Source of the DNA: Bacteroidales bacterium
Lineage (GTDB): Bacteria > Bacteroidota > Bacteroidia > Bacteroidales > ML635J-15
Assembly: GCA_049975305.1 (NCBI GenBank)
Contig: JBNGDT010000002.1
Coordinates: 1 to 63,009 of the forward strand
Direction of reading: 5' to 3'
Length of the DNA stretch: 63,009 nt
Part shown: positions 54,875 through 63,009 of the stretch, in pieces
How the letters are laid out: every line of letters starts with the position of its first letter
Numbering within the stretch: the stretch's first letter is position 1
Notes under the pieces: model-generated
Databases searched by the model: none
Told to the model about the DNA's origin: nothing
What the model saw: only the letters and a program-made list of their open reading frames with translations
Made by a program: the position numbers and the translations under genes

Positions 54875-56020
54875 ATGATAGAAAGAAACATACAAAAACA
54901 CTTGAAAAAAGTATTGGGTAAATACCCGGTATTATCCCTGACAGGACCAAGGCAATCGGGGAAAACGACGCTATTGAAATCCTTGTTCAATGATTATGCA
55001 TACCACAACCTTGAACGTCCTGATACAAGAGAACTCATTATGACTGACCCAGTAGGCTTACTTAAAAATCCACAAAAAGGCGTTGTTTTGGATGAGATAC
55101 AAAACGTACCTGAACTATTTAGCTATATACAAGCATTTGCAGATGAAAACAAAATCAACGGACAATACATTCTTTCCGGGTCTCAAAGTTTTTTATTAAA
55201 CAATGCCATATCACAAAGTCTGGCCGGAAGAACAAGCATAAACAAATTATTTCCTTTTGATACTTCTGAATTAAGCGGGTATATTGACAAATTAAGCACA
55301 CAGGAACTGATATTGCAAGGCTTTTACCCGAGAATCTATGACCAGCAAATACACCCGGATGATTATTATCCGGATTATGTACAAACCTACGTTGAAAGAG
55401 ATATACGCACATTAAAACAAATAGGTGATCTTAATCTTTTTAACCGTTTTATTAGTTTGTGTGCCGGAAGGGCAGGACAGATTCTGAATTACAGCTCACT
55501 TGCAAACGATACAGGCATATCAATAAATACTGCCAAATCATGGATTTCGCTGCTTGAAACCAGTTATGTCATATTCTTACTTCAGCCATGGTACAAAAAC
55601 ATGAATAAACGAATAATAAAATCACCTAAACTTTATTTTTATGATACCGGATTGCTGTCCTCTCTGCTGAAGATACGAGATGCGCATAACCTCAGGACCC
55701 ATTATCTGTATGGCAGTATTTTTGAAAATTTCGTTATAACCGATTTTCTAAAAAAAAGCCATCATAAAGGAATAAAACCCAACATGTATTTCTGGAGAGA
55801 ATCCAATGGTACTGAAATTGATCTGCTTATTGAAGTGAACAGCACAAAAACACTGGCCGTGGAAATAAAGAGCGCTGCAACTTTTAACAAGGATTTTATC
55901 AAAAACCTCAACCATTTTCCCAATAAAGTAGAAAACGCAAACATTGAAAAACACCTTATTTTCGATGGAGATACCAATGGTAAAATAAAAGACATTTATT
56001 TTAGTTCGTGGAGAAAATAA
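54875..56020 (+). CDS. AAA-type ATPase with C-terminal DUF4143-like (nuclease-fold) domain
   Basis: Walker A LTGPRQSGKTTLL and Walker B VVLDEIQ. The C-terminal part ...FWRESNGTEIDLLIE... matches the DUF4143 pattern. Confidence 0.75.
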   Translation: MIERNIQKHLKKVLGKYPVLSLTGPRQSGKTTLLKSLFNDYAYHNLERPDTRELIMTDPVGLLKNPQKGVVLDEIQNVPELFSYIQAFADENKINGQYILSGSQSFLLNNAISQSLAGRTSINKLFPFDTSELSGYIDKLSTQELILQGFYPRIYDQQIHPDDYYPDYVQTYVERDIRTLKQIGDLNLFNRFISLCAGRAGQILNYSSLANDTGISINTAKSWISLLETSYVIFLLQPWYKNMNKRIIKSPKLYFYDTGLLSSLLKIRDAHNLRTHYLYGSIFENFVITDFLKKSHHKGIKPNMYFWRESNGTEIDLLIEVNSTKTLAVEIKSAATFNKDFIKNLNHFPNKVENANIEKHLIFDGDTNGKIKDIYFSSWRK

Positions 56021-56124
56021 CCCGGCGTTTAAATCGAAAATTTTGCAGTATTTTACAAAATTCTCGAGTTAATACTTAGCCTTAAAGGGCAACAACAGTC
56101 CGGGCATTTTTTTAACTTTACACC

Positions 56125-57231
56125 ATGCCAGGCATCTACATCCATATCCCGTTTTGCCGTCGCAAGTGTGCCTATTGTGATTTTTATTCCGTTGCTTTGC
56201 TGAACAAAGAACCTGCCTTTATCAATGCATTAGCCCGGGAAATCACCTCGAAAGCAAACAAACAACCCATTGAAACCATTTATTTTGGCGGGGGCACGCC
56301 TTCCGTTTTATCAAAAACTTCAATTGAACGGATTCTAAACGCAATCTACAAGCATTATAGGATTGCTGACGTGCCGGAAATTACCCTTGAAGCCAATCCC
56401 GATGATATCACAAGCGAAAAAGCAAAATTCTGGCTTGATACCGGCATTAACAGGCTCAGCATCGGGGTACAATCGCTTGATGATGATGCACTGAAATTTC
56501 TCGGACGCAGGCACAATGCCAAAACCAGCTTGAAAAGCATTGAAATAGCCCAAAATGCAGGTTTTCAAAACATCTCCGCAGATTTGATCTATAACCTTCC
56601 AGGTCTGTCATTACAAGGATGGAAAAAATGCATCAGCACCTTATTGCAAACAGGAATTAAGCATTTGTCAGCTTATCAGCTTGGCGTAGAAAAAGGAACC
56701 CTGTTGTACCGTAGATTTAAGAATGGCGATTTTACCATGACAGATGATGAAGCAGCCTACACGCAATTTATGAGCTTGTATGAGATCACGGAAAAACATG
56801 GTTTTCCCTGGTACGAAATATCCAATTTTGCACAGGAAGGTTTCAAAAGCCGTCATAACTCATCGTATTGGAATGGTGATCATTACTTCGGGTTTGGCCC
56901 GGGTGCCCATGCGTATGATGGCAAAAAACGGCGCTGGAATATCCCGGACCTGAATGCCTACATTAAAAACCCGATAACGCACTACGAAACAGAAATCCTC
57001 AGCCCGAAAGACAACATCAATGATTACTTAATCACACACCTGAGAACCCGTGAAGGCATAAATCTAAAATTCATGGAACGGCATTTCAATGCATTTGATA
57101 TTGATGGTTTGAAACAAAAAATGGAAATTTACCTGCACACCGGAAAAGCCCGCTATCACGCGGAATGTATTTCACTCACCCGTGAAGGATTATTCATCTC
57201 CGACGCCATCCTGAAAGATATTATTTACTAG
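56125..57231 (+). CDS. hemW: Radical SAM heme chaperone HemW (oxygen-independent coproporphyrinogen-III-oxidase-like)
   Basis: IYIHIPFCRRKCAYCDF (CxxxCxxC), FGGGTPS and a HemN_C-like C-terminus. Confidence 0.85.
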   Translation: MPGIYIHIPFCRRKCAYCDFYSVALLNKEPAFINALAREITSKANKQPIETIYFGGGTPSVLSKTSIERILNAIYKHYRIADVPEITLEANPDDITSEKAKFWLDTGINRLSIGVQSLDDDALKFLGRRHNAKTSLKSIEIAQNAGFQNISADLIYNLPGLSLQGWKKCISTLLQTGIKHLSAYQLGVEKGTLLYRRFKNGDFTMTDDEAAYTQFMSLYEITEKHGFPWYEISNFAQEGFKSRHNSSYWNGDHYFGFGPGAHAYDGKKRRWNIPDLNAYIKNPITHYETEILSPKDNINDYLITHLRTREGINLKFMERHFNAFDIDGLKQKMEIYLHTGKARYHAECISLTREGLFISDAILKDIIY

Positions 57232-57260
57232 ATCCGCAGTTTATAAACAAATTAAATAAA

Positions 57261-57362
57261 GACCGGAGACCGAAGTCAGAAGACCGGAGCAGAGAGTACA
57301 TCCTAAAATATTTTCCGACTACTGACTCCCGACTCCCGTCTTCGGTCTTCCGACTTCCGACT
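57261..57362. repeat. Hairpin element made of inverted arrays of 7-nt words, without cargo
   Basis: The left array (57261-57288) is GACCGGA GACCGAA GTCAGAA GACCGGA. The right array (57314-57362) is TCCGACT ACTGACT CCCGACT CCCGTCT TCGGTCT TCCGACT TCCGACT, followed by TTTTT. GACCGAA and TTCGGTC are exact complements; the other units pair imperfectly. Confidence 0.8.
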
Positions 57363-57446
57363 TTTTTACATACATTGATTAATTTTGAACACATTAAAGA
57401 AACTTCAATTACTTTTCTTTAGCCTCAAATTCGAAAATCACACGTT

Positions 57447-58604
57447 ATGGAACATAGAAAAATCAATCCAGCCTTTACATCTATTCCGATATTTCTTGCT
57501 TTTTTATGCATGGGTTTTGGTGATGTAGCAGGCATCCTTACCGATTTAGTCAAAGAAGAATACAAATTAAGCAATTTCATGGCTGGTTTTGTTCCGGCAT
57601 CCGGTTTTGTGATGTTTGGCCTGTTATCGGTACCGTTTAGCATGGTAATGGAAAGGCATAGTAAAAAAAAGATATTGGTTTTCGGGTTAATAGTCGCCTT
57701 GCTGGGGTTACTTATTCCCCTGATGTTTGGATTTAGTTTGTTTGTTATTTTATTGCTCTCTATTTTGTTGCTTGGTGCAGGGGCTACCTTGCTTCAGGTA
57801 GCCGGCAATCCCATCATGCGGGATGTTTCCCCTGAAGGCAAATATTCCAGAAATCTGAGTTACGGCCAATTTCTAAAAGCCATAGGATCTTTATCCGGGG
57901 CGCTGTTACCCGCTGCAGCGGCTGCATGGTGGGGTATGGACTGGAAACTCCTGTTTCCGGTTTACGCTGTAGCCATTGGTATTACTGCAATTATCCTGCT
58001 TCTGATCCCCATCAGGGAAAAAACCATACCGGAAAAACCACCCGGTTTTTTATCCTGCATAAACTTGCTTGGGAACCCCGGCATCGCCATTATGGTGCTT
58101 GCCATATTTCTGTATGTCGGAGCCGAAGTCAGCATGGCCTCAAAATTGCCCAGTTACCTTGAAAACAATTATGGCCTGGATATTGAAAAACTTGGGGTTG
58201 CCAGTGTAGGCTTGTTTTTTCTGAGCATCATGGCAGGGCGTTTTTTGGGCGGCGTAATGCTCAACTGGATAAAAGCCCAGGTGTTCCTGCTGGTCACTAC
58301 GGTAATTGCCCTCATTGGCATCGGTGGACTGTTTATAGGCTCCCAGCCTGTGGCAATTGTTTCCATTATTTTAGCCGGACTGGGATTTGCCAATATATTC
58401 CCCTTGATCTTTTCCATTACCGTGGATAAATACCCGGAATACACCAATGAACTTTCTGGCCTGATGGTAACTGCCATTATTGGTGGTGCTGTTTTACCAC
58501 TTGTTATGGGTAAAGTGGCCGATATGACTAACGTGACCATTAGTATTATCGTACCGGGAATGGCCATTTTGTATTCATTTATTGTTGCATTGAAAAGACA
58601 CTAA
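57447..58604 (+). CDS. MFS sugar transporter (FucP/GluP-like)
   Basis: 385 aa with about 12 hydrophobic helices. The N-terminal pattern ...FLCMGFGDVAG...LSNFMAGFV..SGF is like glucose/galactose/fucose:H+ symporters. Adjacent to a ROK kinase gene. Confidence 0.7.
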   Translation: MEHRKINPAFTSIPIFLAFLCMGFGDVAGILTDLVKEEYKLSNFMAGFVPASGFVMFGLLSVPFSMVMERHSKKKILVFGLIVALLGLLIPLMFGFSLFVILLLSILLLGAGATLLQVAGNPIMRDVSPEGKYSRNLSYGQFLKAIGSLSGALLPAAAAAWWGMDWKLLFPVYAVAIGITAIILLLIPIREKTIPEKPPGFLSCINLLGNPGIAIMVLAIFLYVGAEVSMASKLPSYLENNYGLDIEKLGVASVGLFFLSIMAGRFLGGVMLNWIKAQVFLLVTTVIALIGIGGLFIGSQPVAIVSIILAGLGFANIFPLIFSITVDKYPEYTNELSGLMVTAIIGGAVLPLVMGKVADMTNVTISIIVPGMAILYSFIVALKRH

Positions 58605-58620
58605 CCTTTTTGATTTCTAA

Positions 58621-58775
58621 CCATGGCGACGCTAAGACGCAATGGGAAAAAGATGAATCATAAACGATAGCACGAAAGTGAGATTGCACTAAAGCACGAT
58701 TGGGAGACGGAGAAATGGAATGACTGCATGAAAGCATTGCTTTTATTCAATCATGCCATCGTTCAATCCTGATAT
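58621..58775. repeat. Palindromic element built from 8-nt words (copy 2)
   Basis: ACGCTAAG ACGCAATG GGAAAAAG ... ACGATAGC ACGAAAGT GAGATTGC ACTAAAGC ACGATTGG. The right part TCATGCCATCGTTCAATC complements AACGATAGCA. It shares the words CGC(A/T)AAGAC(A/G)CAATGG, ACGATAGCACGA and TCATGCC(G/A)TCGTT with 44171-44287. Confidence 0.7.
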
Positions 58776-58842
58776 TCCATTAAATTTTAGAACAGAGCAA
58801 TAAATTTTTTTAAACTTTGACACCGTCTTTAAGGTAAGTAGT

Positions 58843-58850
58843 TACTTTTG
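58843..58850 (+). promoter_or_regulatory. Candidate -7 promoter box (TAnnTTTG)
   Basis: TACTTTTG lies 52 nt upstream of ATG 58902. Confidence 0.3.
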
Positions 58851-58901
58851 TTGATATTCATTTATTTTTATATTCACATTTAGTTACAAAATAAGAATCA
58901 C

Positions 58902-59993
58902 ATGAAGGATAAAAATTCATTAATACTCAGTCTGGATGCCGGTGGTACCAACTTTGTTTTTTATGCTGTCAAAGGCAATAAAATCATTGGTGAGCCCCTT
59001 CAAAAACCGTCTTATGCCAATAATCTAAATAAAAGCCTGCAAACCATAGTTGAAGGGTTTGAAATACTGGCAGATCAACAATCAGAACCTGTGGTTGCTT
59101 TAAGCTTTGCTTTTCCCGGCCCTGCCGATTATGATAATGGTATCATTGGTAACCTGGGAAATCTGCCAGCTTACCGTGGTGGTGTAGCCCTTGGCCCTCT
59201 GCTGGAAGAAAAATTCGGGATACCGGTATTTATCAACAACGATGCCGACCTTTTTACCTATGGCGAAGCATTGAATGGCAGTCTTCCAAATCTAAACCAA
59301 AGGCTTAAAACCGAAGGTAGCCTGAAAACCTATAAAAACCTTGTGGGATTAACCCTGGGCACAGGCTTTGGTCTGGGTGTTGTAAACGATGGCCATTTGT
59401 TGCGCGGCGACAATTCCATGTCCAGTGAAATTTGGCTGATGCGCAACCCTGAATATCCCGAAGCCAACATTGAAGAATCTGTCAGCATCCGAGGCATACA
59501 ACGCTCTTACCGAAAACTCAGCGGGGATACAGAAACGCTTACGCCAAAAGATATTTACGAACTGGCTGTTCATGGCAATGGAAAAAAACAACAAGCAGCT
59601 TTGGAAACATACCGGATTTTTGGCTACAACCTTGGGGATACCATTGCCACGCTTATCAGTTTGTATGATTCCAATGTGGTGATTGGCGGCGGTATTGCAA
59701 AAGCATGGGATTTGTTTATGCCTGCGTTGATGAAGCAACTTAACTCCGAATATATCACGCCTGAAGGCAATCGTATTCCCCGCCTTACCCATCAGGTGTA
59801 TGACCTTGAAGATGAAAGTAATTTTAAATCTTTTGCCTCCGGGGATGAAAAAAAGTTGGCTTTACCAGGAAAAACCGAACCAATGTACAGGTATAATCAC
59901 AACCCCCGTACCGGCATCATGAAATCTGCTTTAGGAACATCTCAGGCCGTAGTTACAGGAGCATATCACTTTGCATTGACAAAATTAGTGTGA
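58902..59993 (+). CDS. ROK-family sugar kinase
   Basis: N-terminal ATP-binding LSLDAGGTNF and a ROK-like glycine-rich segment GLTLGTGFGLGVV. I do not see the CxCGxxGC zinc motif. Confidence 0.7.
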   Translation: MKDKNSLILSLDAGGTNFVFYAVKGNKIIGEPLQKPSYANNLNKSLQTIVEGFEILADQQSEPVVALSFAFPGPADYDNGIIGNLGNLPAYRGGVALGPLLEEKFGIPVFINNDADLFTYGEALNGSLPNLNQRLKTEGSLKTYKNLVGLTLGTGFGLGVVNDGHLLRGDNSMSSEIWLMRNPEYPEANIEESVSIRGIQRSYRKLSGDTETLTPKDIYELAVHGNGKKQQAALETYRIFGYNLGDTIATLISLYDSNVVIGGGIAKAWDLFMPALMKQLNSEYITPEGNRIPRLTHQVYDLEDESNFKSFASGDEKKLALPGKTEPMYRYNHNPRTGIMKSALGTSQAVVTGAYHFALTKLV

Positions 59994-60074
59994 AGCATCA
60001 ACAGTTTTCATGGTTTCAAATTGCAGGATTGATACAGTTTCATTATTTTTACAATTTATTATTGATGATTGATT

Positions 60075-61238
60075 ATGAGCAAAATATTGGTTATAGACGA
60101 TGAAAAAAGCATCCGTAATGTATTGAAAGATGTACTGGAATCTGAAAAGTATCAGGTAGATACTGCCGAAAACGGCAAAAAGGGGCTTGAAAAGATTAAA
60201 AATGAGCCTCCGGATCTGGTGCTTTGTGATATCAAAATGCCTGGAATGGATGGTGTGGAAGTGTTGGAAAAAGCCCTTCAGGAAAATCCGGAGTTAACAT
60301 TCATCATGATAACGGGGCACGGGGAAGTGGATACAGCGGTGGCCAGTTTTAAAAAAGGCGCCTACGATTTTATTCAAAAACCGCTGGATTTAAAACGCTT
60401 ACAGATTACCCTGAAAAATGCCCTAGAACGGACTAATCTCATCACCGAAACCAAGCAGCTAAAGAAAAAAGTAAGTAAACGATATGAAATGGTCGGTGAG
60501 TCTGAACCCATGCAAAAAGTAAAAGCCATGATTGACCGTGTTGCCCCCACGGACGCACGTGTGCTTATCACCGGCGAAAACGGTACAGGCAAGGAGTTGG
60601 TGGCGCATCAGTTGCATGAAAAAAGCAACAGGTCGAAAGCGCCCTTTGTGGAAGTCAATTGTGCAGCCATACCATCGGAACTGATAGAATCAGAGTTATT
60701 TGGCCATGAAAAAGGCGCTTTTACCTCCGCTCATAAACAACGCAAGGGGAAATTTGAACAAGCCAACGGCGGCACTATTTTCCTGGATGAAATAGGTGAT
60801 ATGAGCTTATCTGCCCAGGCAAAAGTACTGCGCGCTTTGCAGGAAAATAAAATCAGCCGGGTGGGGAGCGATAAAGATATTTCTGTGGATGTCAGGCTTA
60901 TTGCTGCCACAAACAAAAACCTGCGCAAGGAAATTGACAATAACAATTTCAGGGAAGACCTTTATCATCGCATCAGTGTCATCATTATTGATGTTCCTCC
61001 ATTGAAAGAAAGGACAGAAGACATACCGTTGCTGGCTGATCATTTTTTGACGCAGATTTGTGCAGAACATGGCATCCCCAAAAAAGAAATATCCACCGAT
61101 GCCATTGAAAAACTCAAATCATTTCCATGGACAGGGAATGTCCGTGAATTTAGCAACCTGATAGAACGGCTAATTATCCTGTGTCCGGACAAAATAACAA
61201 GCAAAGACATTGATAATTTCGTACAGCCCTTGATATAA
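60075..61238 (+). CDS. Sigma-54-dependent response regulator (REC + AAA+ activator) lacking a C-terminal HTH domain
   Basis: REC domain: KILVIDDE, LVLCDIKMPGMDG. AAA+ domain: ITGENGTGKE (Walker A), GAFTSA (GAFTGA variant), IFLDEIGD (Walker B), RLIAATN, FREDLYHR and GNVREFSN. The protein ends about 27 aa after the last AAA+ motif. Confidence 0.85.
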   Translation: MSKILVIDDEKSIRNVLKDVLESEKYQVDTAENGKKGLEKIKNEPPDLVLCDIKMPGMDGVEVLEKALQENPELTFIMITGHGEVDTAVASFKKGAYDFIQKPLDLKRLQITLKNALERTNLITETKQLKKKVSKRYEMVGESEPMQKVKAMIDRVAPTDARVLITGENGTGKELVAHQLHEKSNRSKAPFVEVNCAAIPSELIESELFGHEKGAFTSAHKQRKGKFEQANGGTIFLDEIGDMSLSAQAKVLRALQENKISRVGSDKDISVDVRLIAATNKNLRKEIDNNNFREDLYHRISVIIIDVPPLKERTEDIPLLADHFLTQICAEHGIPKKEISTDAIEKLKSFPWTGNVREFSNLIERLIILCPDKITSKDIDNFVQPLI

Positions 61239-61348
61239 CTAGTAATGAGAAAAGAAAAAGACATTATAAAACCTGAAAATCTTTTAAAAGCCGGTTTTCC
61301 GTAAAAGACCTTATTAATTTCAATCAAAATAACTGATAGACAATTGAT

Positions 61349-61936
61349 ATGAAAAACTATTTTGCCCACGAAACCGCTGTTATTGATGATGGATGCATCA
61401 TTGGTGAAGGCACAAAAATCTGGCATTTTTCTCACATCATGAAAAAAGCTATTTTGGGAAAAAACTGCAACCTGGGACAAAATGTACTGGTATCAACGGA
61501 TGTGGTTCTTGGCAATAACGTTAAAGTGCAGAACAATGTGTCAATATACACCGGGGTTATCTGTGAAGATGATGTATTTCTTGGGCCTTCCATGGTGTTT
61601 ACAAATGTTAGTAATCCACGGTCGGCAGTAATCCGGCGCGGCGATTATGAAATAACAATCGTCCATAAAGGGGCTACCATCGGAGCCAATGCTACCATTG
61701 TGTGCGGGCATGATATTGGTCAATTTGCGTTTATCGGAGCCGGAGCTGTGGTAACAAAAGAAGTAAAACCCTATGCCCTGGTTGTTGGCAACCCTGCCAG
61801 GCAGATTGGCTGGATGAGCGAATACGGTCATCGCCTGCATTTTGATGATACAGGGATAGCAACATGTCCTGAAAGTGGTGATAAATACCAAATAAAAAAT
61901 GAACAGGTTTCAAAAATTGTTGTTAACCATTTTTAA
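61349..61936 (+). CDS. Hexapeptide-repeat N-acetyltransferase, WbpD/WlbB-like (UDP-2-acetamido-3-amino-2,3-dideoxy-glucuronate N-acetyltransferase type)
   Basis: Left-handed beta-helix repeats. [47 protein letters not shown] and [14 protein letters not shown] closely follow the WbpD-type pattern. Confidence 0.7.
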   Translation: MKNYFAHETAVIDDGCIIGEGTKIWHFSHIMKKAILGKNCNLGQNVLVSTDVVLGNNVKVQNNVSIYTGVICEDDVFLGPSMVFTNVSNPRSAVIRRGDYEITIVHKGATIGANATIVCGHDIGQFAFIGAGAVVTKEVKPYALVVGNPARQIGWMSEYGHRLHFDDTGIATCPESGDKYQIKNEQVSKIVVNHF

Positions 61937-61960
61937 TTGATTAGTTACAAATATAACCTT

Positions 61961-62911
61961 ATGGACAATAAAATAAATCGATTTGGCCTCATTGGTGTGG
62001 CAGGATACATTGCCATACGCCATGTAAAAGCCATAAAAGAAACCGGAAATGAATTGGTGGCTACACTGGATTTGTTTGATTCGGTGGGTTTTCTGGATGC
62101 GTATTTTCCGCATGCTGATTTTTTTCACGAGTACGAACGTTTTGACCGCCATGTGGATAAACTTAGGCGCAACAACAAAAAGCTTGATTACATCAGCATT
62201 TGTTCACCAAACTACCTCCATGATTCGCATATCCGCTTTGCACTGAAAAATGACACCCATGCCATTTGTGAAAAACCACTGGTATTGAATCCCTGGAATG
62301 TGAATGGCCTGGCAGAAATGGAAAAAGAAACAGGCAAAAAAATCAACACCATATTGCAATTGCGATTGCACCCATCCATTGTGGCATTGAAAGAAAAAAT
62401 TGAAAAAGGGCCGAAAGATAAAGTGTATGATGTTGACCTTGCTTACATTACCAGTAGGGGAAACTGGTATCATTTTAGCTGGAAAGGGGACACGGAAAAA
62501 TCAGGTGGCATTTCCACCAACATCGGAATACATTTTTACGATATGCTGACCTGGATTTTTGGTGATGTGAAAGAAAATATTGTGCATGAACATGGTAAAA
62601 AACGGGCAGCCGGTTTTTTGCAGCTTGAAAAAGCCCGCGTTCGTTGGGTGTTGAGTGTGGATGAAAACGATTTGCCGGAAAGCATCCGGAAAAAAGGGCA
62701 GCGAACATACAGGTCCATTACGGTAGAAGGCGAAGAAATCGAATTCAGCAAAGGGTTTACTGATCTGCATACACTCAGTTACCAGGAAATTTTAAAAGGC
62801 AAAGGTTTTGGCCTTGAGGATGCCCGAAAAAGCATTGAAATTGTGCATGAAATCCGCAATGCAACACCCATAGGCTTCAAAGGTGATTATCATCCGCTTT
62901 GCCGGCAATAA
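61961..62911 (+). CDS. Gfo/Idh/MocA oxidoreductase, WbpB-like (UDP-GlcNAcA 3-dehydrogenase type)
   Basis: RFGLIGVAGYIAIRHVKAIKETGN, DYISICSPNYLHDSHIRFAL, CEKPLVLNPWN and ILQLRLHPS. First ATG at 61961; the ORF track starts at TTG 61937. Confidence 0.7.
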   Translation: MDNKINRFGLIGVAGYIAIRHVKAIKETGNELVATLDLFDSVGFLDAYFPHADFFHEYERFDRHVDKLRRNNKKLDYISICSPNYLHDSHIRFALKNDTHAICEKPLVLNPWNVNGLAEMEKETGKKINTILQLRLHPSIVALKEKIEKGPKDKVYDVDLAYITSRGNWYHFSWKGDTEKSGGISTNIGIHFYDMLTWIFGDVKENIVHEHGKKRAAGFLQLEKARVRWVLSVDENDLPESIRKKGQRTYRSITVEGEEIEFSKGFTDLHTLSYQEILKGKGFGLEDARKSIEIVHEIRNATPIGFKGDYHPLCRQ

Positions 62912-62979
62912 TCCTTTATAATTAATCTGTCGTCATTTAAGCTGTTTTTAATATAATTAAGACTGGGGATTTAAGGATC

Positions 62980-63009
62980 ATTTTAATTAAGGGCATCTCT
63001 AAAAACTAC
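62980..63009 (-). repeat. Right copy of the long-range inverted repeat (partner 118-147), cut by the window edge
   Basis: The reverse complement reads GTAGTTTTTAGAGATGCCCTTAATTAAAAT, identical to 118-147 at 29 of 30 positions. Confidence 0.8.

Noticed and set aside
61040-61480. ORF 61040..61480 (-, 146 aa) bridging the ntrC-like and wbpD-like genes
   Set aside because: It is antisense to the ends of two motif-supported genes and has no recognisable motif.

Overview
This is a 63,009-nt, AT-rich, densely coded chromosomal segment. I assign it to Bacteroidota because it has three proteins with T9SS C-terminal sorting domains, a PorZ-like protein, S46 and C10 peptidases, an IPExxxVDY-family protein, and TAnnTTTG -7 boxes upstream of several genes. 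I support about 46 CDS and one tRNA-Ala(GGC). I see no rRNA, CRISPR array, transposase, integrase or recognisable defence genes.

The backbone is housekeeping: nadB, mpg-like, purN, acpP-fabF-rnc, pheS, dxr-rseP-rdgB, aspS, leuS, hemW, and M42/M23/S46 peptidases.

Non-routine content, in my order of interest:
1. Short-word palindromic elements. These are inverted arrays of 7-nt or 8-nt tandem words. One (27246-27810) cages a four-helix-bundle (Avd / rRNA-IVS-protein family) ORF. One (57261-57362) is an empty hairpin. Two homologous copies (44171-44287 and 58621-58775) each follow a + strand gene, and the first supplies the last 10 codons and the stop of rdgB.
2. A tight co-directional gene set (14155-22141) encoding an inner-membrane-anchored propeller-like protein, a lipoprotein, an outer-membrane barrel-like protein and an O-antigen-ligase-like protein fused in frame to a guanine-deaminase-like domain. 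None of the first three has a function I can name.
3. A 1234-aa sensor (9384-13088) with a Bacteroides hybrid-two-component-type periplasmic module wired to a class III nucleotidyl cyclase plus an HD phosphohydrolase domain.
4. A 987-nt non-coding island (53888-54874) with direct repeats and an array of three TAAC(C/G)GTTA palindromes, next to a DUF4143-type AAA ATPase.
5. A teichoic-acid-like and sulfation glycan locus (27851-33002), including a TagD-like cytidylyltransferase fused to a Gfo/Idh/MocA oxidoreductase.
6. A 30-nt inverted repeat (29/30 identical) at the two ends of the window (118-147 and 62980-63009).

All family assignments come from reading motifs in the supplied translations. 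No database search, HMM scan, RNA folding or composition calculation was run. Several start codons are uncertain.
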